DNA of 64,000 nucleotides from Escherichia coli (GTDB lineage Bacteria; Pseudomonadota; Gammaproteobacteria; Enterobacterales; Enterobacteriaceae): NCBI RefSeq assembly GCF_003790525.1, contig NZ_CP033635.1; one strand, 5' to 3'. Shown piece by piece: positions 63,811 to 64,000 of this stretch (position 1 is its first letter; each line of letters starts with the position of its first letter). The notes under the pieces were generated by a model. It saw only the letters and a program-made list of their open reading frames with translations, ran no database searches and was not told where the DNA came from. The position numbers and the translations under genes were made by a program.

Positions 63811-64000
63811 TTATTGAGCAGCGTTGTCGAATTTCTCTAACAAAGCAGCTTGTTTTGGATCTTTTTTGAAGTCGTCAAACAGAGGTTGAACTGCGGCACG
63901 GAATGGGGCTTTATCAACCTTAACGATTTCACCACCCATAGCTTTCGCCTGAGCACGTGTGTCAGCGTCAATTTTTTCCCACAATTTTTGTTGATAAGCT
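63811..64000 (-). CDS. TRAP solute-binding protein (DctP family), C-terminal end only (5' part beyond window)
   Basis: Minus-strand frame open to the window edge, ending ...EKFDNAAQ stop at 63811..63813; operon context. Confidence 0.55.
   Translation of the reverse strand, partial: AYQQKLWEKIDADTRAQAKAMGGEIVKVDKAPFRAAVQPLFDDFKKDPKQAALLEKFDNAAQ

Overview
Enterobacterial (E. coli/Shigella-type) chromosomal segment centred on tRNA-Leu leuX (20979..21063, minus strand). Left of leuX are two tandemly accreted integrative elements. (i) A P4-like phage satellite (about 9.65-20.98 kb) with P4-type integrase, alpha primase-helicase, sid-delta-psu, a cos site and TGTTCACC iteron clusters. Its cos-to-int accessory slot carries one AT-rich 710-aa P-loop NTPase (17369..19501) that I cannot place in any family by eye; this is my top candidate for an undescribed anti-phage gene. 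(ii) An older decayed island (0.6-9.6 kb) with a frameshifted, truncated integrase and a three-gene kleisin/KITE/SMC-like operon (Wadjet/MksBEF-like layout) whose SMC gene runs into an IS256-family element at its 3' end, plus a divergent HTH-WYL-like regulator. Right of leuX is conserved core (ahr, idnK, idnDOTR, yjgR), then a ~33-kb IS-riddled mosaic: a CP4-type module (YeeP GTPase, KlcA, RadC, YeeT, CbeA/CbtA), three Gp2/YfjJ-like genes, an IS1, a YadA-like adhesin, a complete IS1414-like element with the embedded EAST1 enterotoxin gene astA, a nanE/PTS/RpiR islet, an orphan ugpB, nested IS629/IS110/IS2/IS66 remnants and a TRAP transporter operon at the right edge. No rRNA gene or CRISPR array was seen. 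All family assignments are from reading the translations and from memory of the families; no database search was run.
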